From positions 17,236,001-17,300,000 of the forward strand of contig OX597835.1 in assembly GCA_951406725.2 (NCBI GenBank): DNA of 64,000 bases, read 5' to 3'. A program made the translations under genes and the position numbers. Under the pieces are notes generated by a model. That model was not told the origin of the DNA. It made no database searches and was given only the letters and a program-made list of their open reading frames with translations. Source of the DNA: Octopus vulgaris (Eukaryota). This document shows, in pieces, positions 26,245 to 39,475 of this stretch. Position 1 is the stretch's first letter. Each line of letters begins with the position of its first letter.

Positions 26245-26600
26245 CAGCTGGCAGAATTGTTAGCATGTCGGACACAATGCTTAGTGGCATTTACGTTTCA
26301 CGTTCAAATTCCGCAGAGGTCAGTTTTGCCCATTCTCCTTTCGGGGGTCGATAAGAAAATTACCTTTTGAGCACTTGCGTCCATGTAACTGACTTACGCT
26401 ACTCACGAAAATTGCTGCACTTACACCTATAGAGGAAGGCTGCAAGTAAGTAGGATTGCTCGCGTTTCGTTTCCATTTACGTATTGAGTTTAAATTTCGC
26501 CGAGGTCGACTTTCTCTTTCATTCGTTCAAGGTCGGTGTCGATGTTATCGAATTACCCCCTCACCCCAAATTTACAGCCTTGAGGCTATAACAGAAAGCA
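26245..26600 (+). mobile_element. Old family-A2 SINE copies
   Basis: agctggcagaattgttagcatgtcgg...ttcaaattccgcagaggtc; second fragment aaatttcgccgaggtcgacttt. Confidence 0.7.
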
Positions 26601-26627
26601 TTATTATTAGTCGTATTATTATTAATA

Positions 26628-27422
26628 CAGTGAGCTGGAGGAATCGTTAGCACGCCGGGCAAAATGCTTGGCGGTATTTCGTTTGTCTTTATGTTCTGAG
26701 TTCAAATTCCACCGAGGTTGACTTTGCCTTTCATCCTTTCGAGGTCGATAAATTAAGTACCAGTTACGGACTGGGGTCGATGTAATTGACTTAATCCGTT
26801 TGTCTGTCCTTGTTTGTTCTCTCTATGTTTACCCCCTTGTGGACAATAAAGAAATAGGTATTCCGTCTGCCGTTACGTGCTGAGTTCAAATTCCGCCGAG
26901 GTCGACTTTGCCTTTCATCCATAAGGGTCGATAAAATTAAGTACCAGTTACAGACTGGGGTCGATGTAATCGACTTAATACCTTTGTCTGTCCTTGTTTG
27001 TTCCCTCTATGTTTAGCCCCTTGTGGGCAATAAAGAAATAGGTATTCCGTCTGCCGTTACGTGCTGAGTTCAAATTCCGCCGAGGTCGACTTTGCCTTTC
27101 ATCCATAAGGGTCGATAAAATTAAGTACCAGTTACAGACTGGGGTCGATGTAATCGACTTAATACCTTTGTCTGTCCTTGTTTGTTCCCTCTATGTTTAG
27201 CCCCTTGTGAGCAATAAAGAAATAGAAATCGTTAGCACTCCGGGCAAACTGGTAAGCAACATTTCACCTGCCTTCATGTTCTGAGTTCAAATTCCGCCGA
27301 GATCAACTTTGCTTTGAAAGTTTTCGGTCTCGATAAAATACGCACTAGCCAAGCAATGGGGTCGATATCATTGACTAGCCCCTCCCCTCAAATTGTTAGC
27401 CTTGTCCCAAATTTTGAAACAA
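26628..27422 (+). mobile_element. Tandem SINE array: A1 copy, two 184-bp 5'-truncated A1 units, then an A2 copy
   Basis: Units starting at 26857 and 27041 are nearly identical; junction aaagaaata|ggtattccgtctgcc. Confidence 0.9.
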
Positions 27423-27739
27423 TTGTTATTATTAGTATATTAATATTTTGCTTTCACCTTTACATAATCTCAACGTTTAACGTTGAGATTATGTAAAGGT
27501 GAATCCGCATTTGACTCTCAAGGTCTATCCGCCAATTCACTTCGTGCACAAGCATGGTACACCCCCCCCCCATTAGCATCACCGCCGCCGACATTATCGT
27601 TTTTAAAGCTACCGCTTCCACTACGACGACGACCATCAACAAGAACAACAACAGCAACTATAACACGAACACTAACAACACCAGCACAACTATCCGCATT
27701 ACCTCATTCCAAGCCAACGAAAGCACCACTACTATCACC

Positions 27740-28790
27740 ACGATAACCATCACCACCACCACCACCGCTACCACCACTACCACTACCACCACGACCTCAG
27801 TGACTACCACTACCAATACTAAGAATAAAATCACGAACAGCCACCACCACCGCTACCACGATGATGACGACGACGACCACCATCACCAACCCCCCCACCA
27901 ACACCACTACAACGATGACGACCACGACCACCATCACCACGACCACCACGACCACCACCACCACCATCACCAACACCACTACCACGATGACGACCACGAC
28001 CACCATCACCACGACCACCTCTACCACGACCACCACTACCACGATGACGACCACAACCACCATCACCACGACCACCACGACCACGACCACCACCAACACC
28101 AACACACTACCACGATGACGACCACGACCACCACCACCAACACCAACACCACCACCACCACCACCAACACCACTACCACGATGACGACCACGACCACCAT
28201 CACCACGACCACCATCACCACGACCACGACCACCAACACCCCTACTACGATGACGACCACGACCACCATCACCACGACCACCACCACCAACACCCCTACC
28301 ACGATGACGACCACCACCACCATCACCACGACCACCACCACCAACACCCCTACCACGATGACGACCACGACCACCATCACCACGACCACCACCACCAACA
28401 CCCCTACCACGATGACGACCACGACCACCATCACCACGACCACCACCACCAACACCCCTACCACGATGACGACCACGACCACCATCACCACGACCACCAC
28501 CACCAACACCACTACCACGATGACGACCACGACCACCACCACCAACACCACTAACACGATGACGACCACGACCACCATCACCACTACCACCATCACCACC
28601 ACCACCACCACTACCACGATGACGACCACGACCACCATCACCACTACCACCACGACCACCACTACTTTCACCACCATCTCCACCAACACAAGTCCAGCCA
28701 CTACAACAACTAATAAAAAAACAAAATCACCAGCACCACCGCCACCACCACCACCACCACCGCCGCCACCACCACCGCCATTATCATAAA
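27740..28790. repeat. (CAC/GAC)n trinucleotide tract with a 54-bp higher-order unit
   Basis: ccaacacccctaccacgatgacgaccacgaccaccatcaccacgaccaccacca reiterated at about 28230-28500. Confidence 0.9.
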
Positions 28791-28994
28791 AAGCCACCAA
28801 TAATAACGCCAATAGCCCCAGCACCGTTAGCGCCCACCAGCACCAGCACCACTGCGGTTAGCATTAAACCTATTATTACCAATTACAAACCAGAAATAGC
28901 TAACCTCATGAAAATATAGACAACTTCATATTCAATACAACAAAACTATACACAGTTGAAATATCACCCAGAATCAGGGCAGCTAAACAAAGAA

Positions 28995-28995
<1 letters not shown>

Positions 28996-29051
<56 letters not shown>

Positions 29052-29193
29052 TGAAATAAGGAAATGAATTAATAAACAGCACAAAGACCAGAAAATTGGC
29101 AGAAAGTTGTTTGGAACGTAAACCCCAAAACGAACATTAAAACTCCATTCAGGGCAGTTATCATCATCATCGTCATCGTCATCGTCATCGTTG

Positions 29194-29231
<38 letters not shown>

Positions 29232-29394
29232 GTCATCGTTGTCATCATCATCATCTTCATCATAATCATCATCATCATTATCATCATCTTCATCATAATC
29301 ATCATCATCGTTGTCATCATCATCATCGTGGTCGTCGTTGTCATCATCATCATCATCATCATCGTTGTCATCATCATCATCGTGGTCGCCGTTG

Positions 29395-29426
<32 letters not shown>

Positions 29427-29525
29427 GTTGTCTTCATCATCGTCGTCGTTGTCGTTGTCATCATCGTCATCCTCCTCCTCCTCTCATCATCATCATCATC
29501 AGCAGCAGCAGCAGCACCAACAGCA
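28996..29525. repeat. (TAA)n and (CAT/CGT)n tracts
   Basis: Direct inspection. Confidence 0.9.
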
Positions 29526-29855
29526 ACAGCAGTAACATTCACAACATATCTAATTTTGCAATAATGATTTCAACACTCTTCTGAGAAAAATCGCTGGCCG
29601 AGATTCAGAGAAACACCAAAGTCTCAATTGAATAATTGCTAAATGATATCTTCCCTAATGGCTACGTTGTTACCATCCAGACTGCCATTGGTTGCATGTT
29701 GAGGACAAACACCTACGTCCCATGTGATGGACTGGAGCGATTGCTGAGTAATATCTCTGATGCAATGAAACCATTGGTAGCCTTTTTAACTCACAAATAA
29801 AGAATATTTTTCCGCCAATGCCAGGTATAGCATTCATTCTCACTGTTTGATACTA

Positions 29856-29960
<105 letters not shown>

Positions 29961-30048
29961 CTATTGGCAAGAAATCTTGTAATAAACTGAAAAATGACAT
30001 ACATACATACAAACAAACAAAAATACCCCGTTGTTGATCATGAATAAA

Positions 30049-30090
<42 letters not shown>

Positions 30091-30129
30091 TTTTATTATA
30101 TATATATATATATATATATTCTTTTATTC

Positions 30130-30164
<35 letters not shown>

Positions 30165-30503
30165 CTAGCACGGCAACGCCGGGTCATAGTGCTAGTGCAT
30201 GCATATACAGCTGCGTGCGTGCGCACATACACGCGAGTACTGTCCAAATCTCCGACCAGTCACATACAGCTAGCTGGCATTCAATTGGCGTATCAAATTT
30301 CGGGAATTTTGATTGGGTTTTGGATAGAAAATTCACAAAGAAGTCACTTCTACTAATATTTTAATGGCTTTACGGGGAAATGTAAAGATGTGCACAACCA
30401 CCATTGGTTGGTTTTGAATGACCATAGAAAGTGCAAGCCCTCTAACTGAAAAACTGTGGATTTGTATAAAGGAAACACACACACAGACATTTTGCCGTTT
30501 ATA

Positions 30504-30510
<7 letters not shown>
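30165..30510 (-). mobile_element. Non-autonomous Helitron-type element (family H2)
   Basis: Minus-strand 5' end tatataaacggca (shared with 57104); 3' hairpin cggcgttgccg then CTAG|T; terminal TC lost in the (TA)n run. Confidence 0.7.
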
Positions 30511-30553
<43 letters not shown>

Positions 30554-30747
30554 ATATATATATATAGGTATATATATTATATATGCATATATCTATATAT
30601 ACTTTTATATATGTATAGATGTATTGTATACATTTAAATATATGCGCGTAGGTAAACATTTTTATGTGATTGATTGTGTCTGTGTGTGTGTGTGTGTGTG
30701 TGTGTATACACACATATATTAACTATTTTCTCGTGTATGGGTAATAC

Positions 30748-30855
30748 CATTGTTAGAATAATTGGAATGAGTCACCGATGACGCAATAGGTGGCCCCTGG
30801 ATGACTCCTGTGCCCGGCCAAAGATGAGCACATTCTATTGCATAATGAACAGCTG
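30748..30855. promoter_or_regulatory. Candidate enhancer with bZIP/Sox/E-box motifs
   Basis: CATTGTT 30748, TGAGTCA 30768, ATGACGCAAT 30778, ATGACTC 30801, ATTGCATAAT 30837, CAGCTG 30850. Confidence 0.3.
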
Positions 30856-31289
30856 TGCTGGCTGGCACAGGGAACATAGAATGATAAATAAATAGATAGA
30901 TTGTTAGTTAGCTGGATAGGAGGAGCGGGAGTGAAAGAGAGACGCGAGAGAGAGAGAGAGAGAGAGGGGGGAGAGAGAAACGATATATATATATATATAC
31001 ACATATATATACACCACACTGAAAATTGTAGTGGTGAGCAGCGGTAGCACTCAGCAGTAGTTGTAATAATGATGGTGGAACAGCAGCAGTGGTAGTAGTA
31101 TTAGTAGTAGTAGTATTAACTTCAACAGCAGCAGCAGCAGCAGTATGAGGAATAGCATACAAAGGGGACTTAACAAATAAGGAGATATCATCTGGATTAA
31201 TATTTAATCGAATCGGCTTTAGTTAATATGTAATCTACGAGAGGATTAAATTCTGTGCTGCAGCTGCCTTTAGAAGTAACAATATCAAG

Positions 31290-31400
31290 GGCAGAGCAGC
31301 CTTGGCCGAGTGGTTAATTAGTCTTCTGAAGCACAGCGGTCTAAGTTCGATCATAATGCATGTAACCTTTGGCAAATGTCTAGGTTCATCGTCTCAGTTT
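31290..31400 (+). mobile_element. Old tRNA-derived SINE head
   Basis: A-box tggccgagtgg, B-box-like aagttcgatc, then CORE-like tgtaacctttggcaaat. Confidence 0.55.
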
Positions 31401-31659
31401 GATTCCTGCTGCTGGTTGGTATTTTGGTTGATGGAACCTGAATGGTTCTTGTAGCTAGGAGCATCGTGTTGTGAAATGTTGTAAAGATTTGGATGGGTTT
31501 GTTTGAATCAGGTTCGCTTAAGTGAGGGTAATTTGTTTCTGCCTTACATATCTTCAAGAATATGTATATATGCTGATGTGTATATGTAGATCGTGTACAC
31601 TGTACACTAGTACACTTACATGCGTATATACATATATACATATATATATATATATACAG

Positions 31660-31820
31660 TTGAAAATATAGAAAACAAAAGACGAAGACAGATGTATGAA
31701 AAACAAGCAAGCGTATTAGTCTGACGCTCGCGGAAAATGAAAAAGTCTTTTACATTTCGAGCTTATGCTCTTCGACAGAAACAAAGGAATAAGAGAAAAT
31801 AAACAGAAAAAAAAACTTTT
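31660..31820 (-). mobile_element. Penelope-like terminal fragment (family G)
   Basis: Reverse complement ctgtcgaagagcataagctcgaaatgtaaaagac; homologous to 22975-23132. Confidence 0.55.
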
Positions 31821-32163
31821 AGATTTCAGCGGTCCAACATGGTCTATATATACATTTATGCAATGGAACATACACGCATACATATATATGTATAAATATA
31901 TATGTATATATATATGAGTGTGTAAATATAATATGTGTATGTACAATCCGAGCTGTGTCCCCTTGAAGCACATCTGGAACAGTTTTACAGTTCTAGTATG
32001 TAGATGCTTACGTCATTGTATTCACGTTAGGTACACATTAACTTATCGCATTCTCGTCTGTATGTGCGCGTATACATTTATGTATATGTGTGAGTGTGCG
32101 TGTGTATTTGTGTGTAGATATATGTACATAAGGTGTGTGTAGATATATGTACATATATACATA

Positions 32164-32394
32164 AGGCGGCGAGCTGGCAGAACCGTTAGCACGCCGGGCG
32201 AAGTGCGTAGCCGTATTTCGTCTGCCGTTACGTTCTGAGTTCAAATTCCGCCGAGGTCGACTTTGCCTTTCATCCTTTCGGGGTCGATAAATTAAGTACC
32301 AGTTGCGCACTGGGGTCGATATAATCGACTTAATCCGTTTGACTGTCTTTGTTTCCCCTCTCTATGTTTAGCCCCTTGTGGGTAGTAAAGAAAC
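32164..32394 (+). mobile_element. SINE family A1, full length
   Basis: Colinear with 2523-2754; agatatatgtacata near both flanks. Confidence 0.92.
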
Positions 32395-32922
32395 AGATAT
32401 ATGTACATAGTCACATACAAATTCATACATACACACATGTATATGCATACACTTATAAAGATGTGTGGTTGACTGTGTGTGCTTTTGTACATTTTTTTCA
32501 CGATACATGCGAACATCAACAACGAAACTGGAAAGCTTGTGATTTTGACAACGTTGCTGTCAAATGTTGGGGCTCCCCATCACTGTGAGCTTCTTTCGAA
32601 AAACACACACGACAGCCATTCCTCTCTGGGGTCACGAGAGCTACTTCACCCCTTAATACTGTAATAGACCACGGCTCCTTCATCCTATATGTGGGATTTC
32701 GTTCTTTCTACACACAACACATACATCGTTGACTTTATCCAGCAACTGAATCAACACTGTATCCCCTTCCAGTAAACAGAAAACGTGATCCTGTGGCTAA
32801 AGAGGTCTTTGACTACTATTTCTAGCAATACTGGTTCTCGTTGCACCCTTCGTCACATTTTTGTGACAGTAAATCATTTCCTATATATATACACACACAC
32901 ATATATATATACACATATACAT

Positions 32923-32982
<60 letters not shown>

Positions 32983-33002
32983 ATATACATATACAGACAT
33001 AC

Positions 33003-33197
<195 letters not shown>

Positions 33198-34174
33198 TAA
33201 TATAATCACAATTATCCTCTTATCAGCTGTGATATGGAAAGCCATATATTCACACGGCTAATTACCTCTGTTAAGTGTCCCGCCCCTCGATCATACTCTC
33301 TTTGCAATTTACTCCGTGTAGGTGTATTTCTTCCTATCGTCGCCTTTCACCAGTCGATGCGCAAAACCTTAATAACATCAAAAATCGTAAAATCTTGGAG
33401 AGAACACCAAGGCCATACCCATCTCCCCCGCCGAACCAACCTTCTTCAAGATGAAACTAACAACAAAAACAAAAACAGCAACAAAAATAAGAGACAGCTA
33501 CAACAACAACAACAGCAACAACGATGACAATATTGATTCGTCTTATTCCCCTTTGTTTTCGAATCTAACCACTTTCTCTCTCTCTCTTTCTCTGTCTCTC
33601 ACTTCCTCTCTCACCCTTCTCTACTTTCGTTATGTATTCCGAAGAGATGCTGCTCTGACCCCGCCCATAACCTTTCTCGAATCTCTCTTATTAATGAGGT
33701 AAATACGATTAAGGCTTTATTCAAAACACCTCCATTATTAATACTCACTTACTATCTCTCTCACACCGTCTCTCCCTACCTTACTCTCTCTCTGTCTCTC
33801 TCCCTGTCTGTCTGTCACTCTCTGTATCTATTTCTCATATACTCTTCAATTAATTGTTCCTTGCTCAGTTAATAATATTTTTGCTTTTTTCTAAATTCCC
33901 AGTCTGTGAGTTTATGTAACATGTGTATGTATGTGTATGTATGTATGTATGTATGTATGTATGTATGTATGTATGTATGTATGTATGTATGTATGTATGT
34001 ATGTATGTATGTATGTATGAATGCATGTATGTATGTATGCATGCATGTTTGTATGTATGTAAGTATGAATTATGTATGTATGTAGGGATGTATCTATCTA
34101 TCTGCCTATCTGTCTGTATGCATGCATGTATTTATGTATGCATGTGTGTATACATATATGCATATATATATATG

Positions 34175-34211
<37 letters not shown>

Positions 34212-34258
34212 TATGTATATGCATATGTATATACATACATATATCATTATATATATGC

Positions 34259-34301
<43 letters not shown>

Positions 34302-34407
34302 TAGATATATAACATATATCTAACTATATATATATATATATATATGAGTATCTATATCTATATATATATATATATGTATGTATGTATGTATACACATGCA
34401 CATATAC

Positions 34408-34454
<47 letters not shown>

Positions 34455-34707
34455 GCACCATAGATACTGATTGGCACCGTCTTTCTCTGAGATTGGTGCA
34501 ATTGATGGAGACGCCTCTGATGAGAGGCCAATAACATTCGAAAACCCAGTAAGCTTGAAGGTGTTCGTAGTTTTTTCAGACTACGTAGTAATGTCTGAAT
34601 TACCATTGTTTATAAGTGTAACATATAGGGTTCATATATACCCGTATATATAATTACGTATACATACATGCATACATACACACGCACACACACACACATA
34701 TATACAC

Positions 34708-34758
<51 letters not shown>

Positions 34759-35918
34759 CATTTATATTTCTATGTATATATGTTTATTTATTTACACACG
34801 TATTGTTGTGCAACTATATATATATATATATATGTATCATTTAAAATTGAATAAGGGTAGAAATTGATATTAATCAATTAAAACCAGTGGCCTAGCATAT
34901 TAAAAAATTCCGAAGAGTGTATACGCACATACAGACACATGTTATACATACGCACATACACATATCTAGATACATGGAAAAATATATGACGGCTGTTAAT
35001 TGCTGGCGAAGCTGAGTTTGCATTTTAACAGCGTAACATTCTTACCAAGATTGCAGGATTAGCCAAATAAAAAGATCATCATGGGCGTGGATTAGCTTAA
35101 TTGGTAGAACATTGGACATAAAATTACCTATTGCCATTTAGTGAAATCAGATAAAACTTAGACATATATTTCGGCCAAAACTGACCTCGGGCATATCTCA
35201 TATAATAGCATATCTGAGAGAATCTCTTTGTCAAATTTTGTGGAATCGTGGTTCATTCAAATGCTGTTCACGGATGTGTTATGCAAGTGTTAAAAGTTTG
35301 TGGGTTCAAATCACGGCAAGACCAAATTTGCTCTTTATCCAGATATTTTTTGATCTTGTGCGAGTGAGAAATCATGTGTGCCCCTTAATGGTCCCGTGAA
35401 CTGCTAAAAACGGAAATCAAATATCACACATATCCTAGCACCACGGTCTTTGAGGTAATAAAATGATACATTATACAATTCAGTGTTCGGTATTCATAAA
35501 AAAAATGTGATATGGGATATTTGTGAAACACGTTTGATGGTATAAAGCCTCGTATAATTGCTTGGTGAGTGTGGATAGTGTTGACCAAGGGCTATAGGAC
35601 TATAGTATCACTTCATAATGAGGTCTATTAACAGAGAAAAACAAGTATAAAAACAAAAAGAGCAATTAATACATTAGACAGAATTTAAACCTCAATTGTA
35701 TCCCAATTAAGACTGTTTTTGATAAACGCCATTTCATTTCCCCCCAGAAAACTGTTTACACACACAAACACGCCCATACACAGACATACACACACACACA
35801 CACACAAACACAAACAAACACACACAAACAGTATGTATGTATGTATGCAGGTATGTATGTATGTATGTATGTATGTATGTATGTATCTATCTATCTATCT
35901 GTCTGTCTGTCTGTCTGG

Positions 35919-35977
<59 letters not shown>

Positions 35978-36083
35978 CATACATATATATATACATACAT
36001 ACATATATATATACATACATACATATATATATACATACATACATATATATATACATACATACATACATACATATATACATATA

Positions 36084-36115
<32 letters not shown>

Positions 36116-36437
36116 CATACATATATACGAAGGTATTTTTCAGTTTACACTTCAATTTTACACAATATAAAAAAACTCCACCTCATTCCATCCAAACCAA
36201 AACCAAAGATAAACAAACCAGAACTCGAATAATTGATTCTGTATAAATCTCTAAACGCTGTCTAATTAATTCCCGTGAACGCAAAATATATTTTTAATGA
36301 AATATGAACTAACTTTATATATATTTTCGTTAGACGACTTCACAAGGAAGCCCATCTCTCCCGCCATTGTCATTTTATAATGAATTTACTAAAAGGTTAA
36401 ATGTACTATTCGTTGCTCAGGTCACAACAGAACTTTT

Positions 36438-36468
36438 ACTACTACTACTACTACTACTACTACCACTA

Positions 36469-36507
<39 letters not shown>

Positions 36508-36560
36508 AATTACCACTACTACTATTATTACTGCTATTGTTGCTGTGGCTGCTGCGGCTG

Positions 36561-36600
<40 letters not shown>

Positions 36601-36734
36601 TACTACTACTACTACTACTACTACTCCTACTCCTACAACTACTGTTGCTAGTGCTGCAGCTACTACTAATACTACTACTGTTGATGCTGCTGCTGCTACT
36701 ACTACTACTACAACTACTGTTGCTAGTGCTGCAG

Positions 36735-36775
<41 letters not shown>

Positions 36776-36794
36776 TCTTCTTCTTCTTCTTCTT

Positions 36795-36835
<41 letters not shown>

Positions 36836-37070
36836 TCTACTACTAATATTGCCGCTGCTGCTGTTGCCGCTGCTACTTCCACTACTCCCGCCACAACAAC
36901 CACCATCACCAAAACCGCCTTAGCCGCCACCACCACCTGCACTACTACCAGCACTACTACTTCTACTGCTGCTGGTATTGATGCTGCTGCAACTCCTGGT
37001 ACCACTTATACTGCCACAACCTCCTCCACCACCACCACCACCACCACAACCACCACAATTACCACCCTTA
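36438..37070. repeat. (CTA/CTG/CTT/CCA)n compound trinucleotide tract
   Basis: Direct inspection. Confidence 0.95.
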
Positions 37071-37534
37071 GTAGTCGTGCTGGAGGTTGTGATTTCTGTT
37101 CGTCACTCCTGATCGTTTCGAGTAGGTCAATAATCAAAGGTGATCAAGCGGTGTTTGTACCGGTAAAGTGTATCTAGGACTACATTATTAAATGAATCTT
37201 TCAGTTTTCTTACCGTGGCTACGAGGGTCTTATTTAACGGAAGGATTTTAGGTGCGTTTTCTAGCAGCTTACATCGACCATGCTGGGACACATATGAGTA
37301 GTAGTTGTAGTTTTTGTTATTTAGCAATATGTCGACCAAAATCTATCTGCCATATGATCAAAAGGCGCTCCAACCGTGTCATTGCAATGCCATAGAATGT
37401 GTATCCAAATTATTCGAAGTCGCCTTTTTTGTGTCTGATACTGATATCCTTGTGTTTTGAGGGTAATTTGGCTACTTTTTCTTGCAGGCCGCCCGACCTC
37501 ATAGATCATAGTTTACCTTCTGAATACACACACA

Positions 37535-37593
<59 letters not shown>

Positions 37594-37630
37594 CCAAATA
37601 AACCCACAAATTTATATGCATGTATATATA

Positions 37631-38377
37631 TTGCTATCTGAGGCGAACCTGAAGAAGTGATTGTTTTGGGCAAAAGAGCATGAAGATTGAACTGATGAAG
37701 ATTGGGCTAAATTTGGTTTAATAAAAGAAACTTTGATGTAAATTTTCCACATTCATTTCCCCCAATTTACTAGGCATAATCGAAATTCAAACACTTGTAC
37801 AAATTTTTTAATGGATACCAAAAATGATCAGTAATTTTTTTTCTTCTCAGATCTTTGGAACACCTGGAGGAGAGTTGAGGATGCTTATCATCCTGCATCT
37901 GTTGTCCCAACAGTTAAATTTGGTGGAGGAAGCGTAATGGTTTGGGGTTGCCTTTCATCTTCAGGGCCAGGAATGTTGTTCACTTGTGAGGACAGAATGA
38001 ATTCCAACACTACAACAGCTTGTTAGATCAAACTTGCCAACCTTCCTTAGCTAAAATTTCCAATATAACATCCTAGATTGCGTAATCTTTCAACACGACA
38101 ATGCTCCATGCCACACCTCCAGAGTCTCGATGGACTGGTTTGAGGAAACACGAGATGGGAGCAATGAAATGGCCCCCTCAGTCTCCAGACTTCAGTTCCA
38201 TAGAACATTTGCGGTGACACATTGGTTTAAATATTCTTCAAAAAGCAAATTAGAATACAAAATTCATGAAGAGGAGCAGAAAATTAACCCAGCCACATTC
38301 GGCAATTTAGTCTCAAGTATGCGAAAAAAGGCATAAAAGCGTTTATTAAAGCAAAAGAAGGACACATCAAATACTAA
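37631..38377 (+). pseudogene. Tc1-family DD34E transposase pseudogene with a putative 113-nt intron (37738-37850)
   Basis: LLSEANLKK*LFWAKEHED*TDEDWAK, WRRVEDAYHPASVVPTVKFGGGSVMVWGCLSSSGPG, FQHDNAPCHTS, KWPPQSPDFSSIEH, AKEGHIKY*. D codon 38097 to E codon 38203 spans 34 codons plus 1 nt; stops and frameshifts present. Confidence 0.92.
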
Positions 38378-38431
38378 CCATAGATGGAATAGACTACAGA
38401 ATGTTTATTGTACTGTTTTCAGTTATTAAGT

Positions 38432-38798
38432 GGAAGCACTCCGTCGGTTACGACGATGAGGGTTCCCGTTGATCCGAATCAACGGAACAGCCTGCTCGTG
38501 AAATTAACGTGTAAGTGGCTGAGCACTCCACAGACACGTGCACCCTTAACGTAGTTCTCGGGGATATTCAGCGTGACACAGAGAGTGACAAGGCCCGCCC
38601 CTTGAAATGCAGGTACAACAGAAACAGGAAGTAAGAGTGAGAGAAAGTTGTGGTGAAAGAGTACAGCAGGGATCACCACCATCCCCTGCCAGAGCCTCGT
38701 GGAGCTTTTAGGTGTTTTCGCTCAATAAACACTCACAACGCCCGGTCTGGAGTCGAAACCGCGAATCCGCTGCCCTAACCACTGGGCCATTGCGCCTC
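38432..38798 (-). mobile_element. SINE family C (head 2 + tail X) nested in the Tc1 element
   Basis: Reverse complement of 41349-41715; TSD CAGTTATTAAGT at 38420-38431 and 38799-38810. Confidence 0.92.
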
Positions 38799-38908
38799 CA
38801 GTTATTAAGTAATACGAGTTTCAATCACATTCCCCATTTTTTCATACTTGCTCCATAGTTTTGGCCAAGGTTGTACACACACACACACACCCACCCACAC
38901 ACACACAC

Positions 38909-38954
<46 letters not shown>

Positions 38955-39444
38955 CGAAATCTCCATCAGACAAGTGTGTTTCAACCCTTAAATTCTAAGA
39001 CAAGGTTCAACAATCCAAGCTATATGGCTGTAGGTTGGTTACTAACGTGATAAAGGTATTTAACTGTCACCAATTCAGTTTACTTATCTGAGAGTAGATA
39101 CCACTGTGATACCTACCTCGCAGAACTGTATGAACGACTAAAGTAATTAACTGTCCGCAGCCCAGTCTACCTAGCTGCATCAAGCTACCAAAGAGTGTTA
39201 TAGTTCTTTATACAGTGCCTATTATTATATAACGTAATAATAGCTCAGTACAATTAAATGTAAGTCGGGACCATTGTTTGCAAACATTTTATAGAATGCT
39301 TTTGATTTTTAAGAGATTCCAGGATGATTTAATACTAACAACTCTCCTTCTACATCATAACGCATCTTTTCATCAGACATATACTAGCAATTATTATCAT
39401 CATTATCATTATCATCATCATCATTATTATTATTATTATTATTA

Positions 39445-39475
<31 letters not shown>

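Larger units (their letters stand above)
37631..38873 (+). mobile_element. 5'-truncated Tc1/mariner DNA transposon
   Basis: Transposase remnant plus a right end ...ctccatagttttggccaaggttg|TA (TA at 38874-38875); SINE inserted in the 3' region; left TIR absent. Confidence 0.88.

Noticed and set aside
27554-28789. 411-aa Thr/His-rich ORF as a mucin or metal-binding protein
   Set aside because: Composed of a trinucleotide tract open on both strands; no signal peptide or splice context.
29640-29800. Short open frame NDIFPNGYVVTIQ... as a host exon
   Set aside because: No recognisable homology and no convincing splice sites.
31290-31365. tRNA gene (also the other A/B-box-containing heads)
   Set aside because: No complete cloverleaf; each continues into a SINE body.
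32520-32790. Possible LINE endonuclease remnant on the minus strand (...GMAVVCVFRKKL)
   Set aside because: Resemblance too weak without a profile search.
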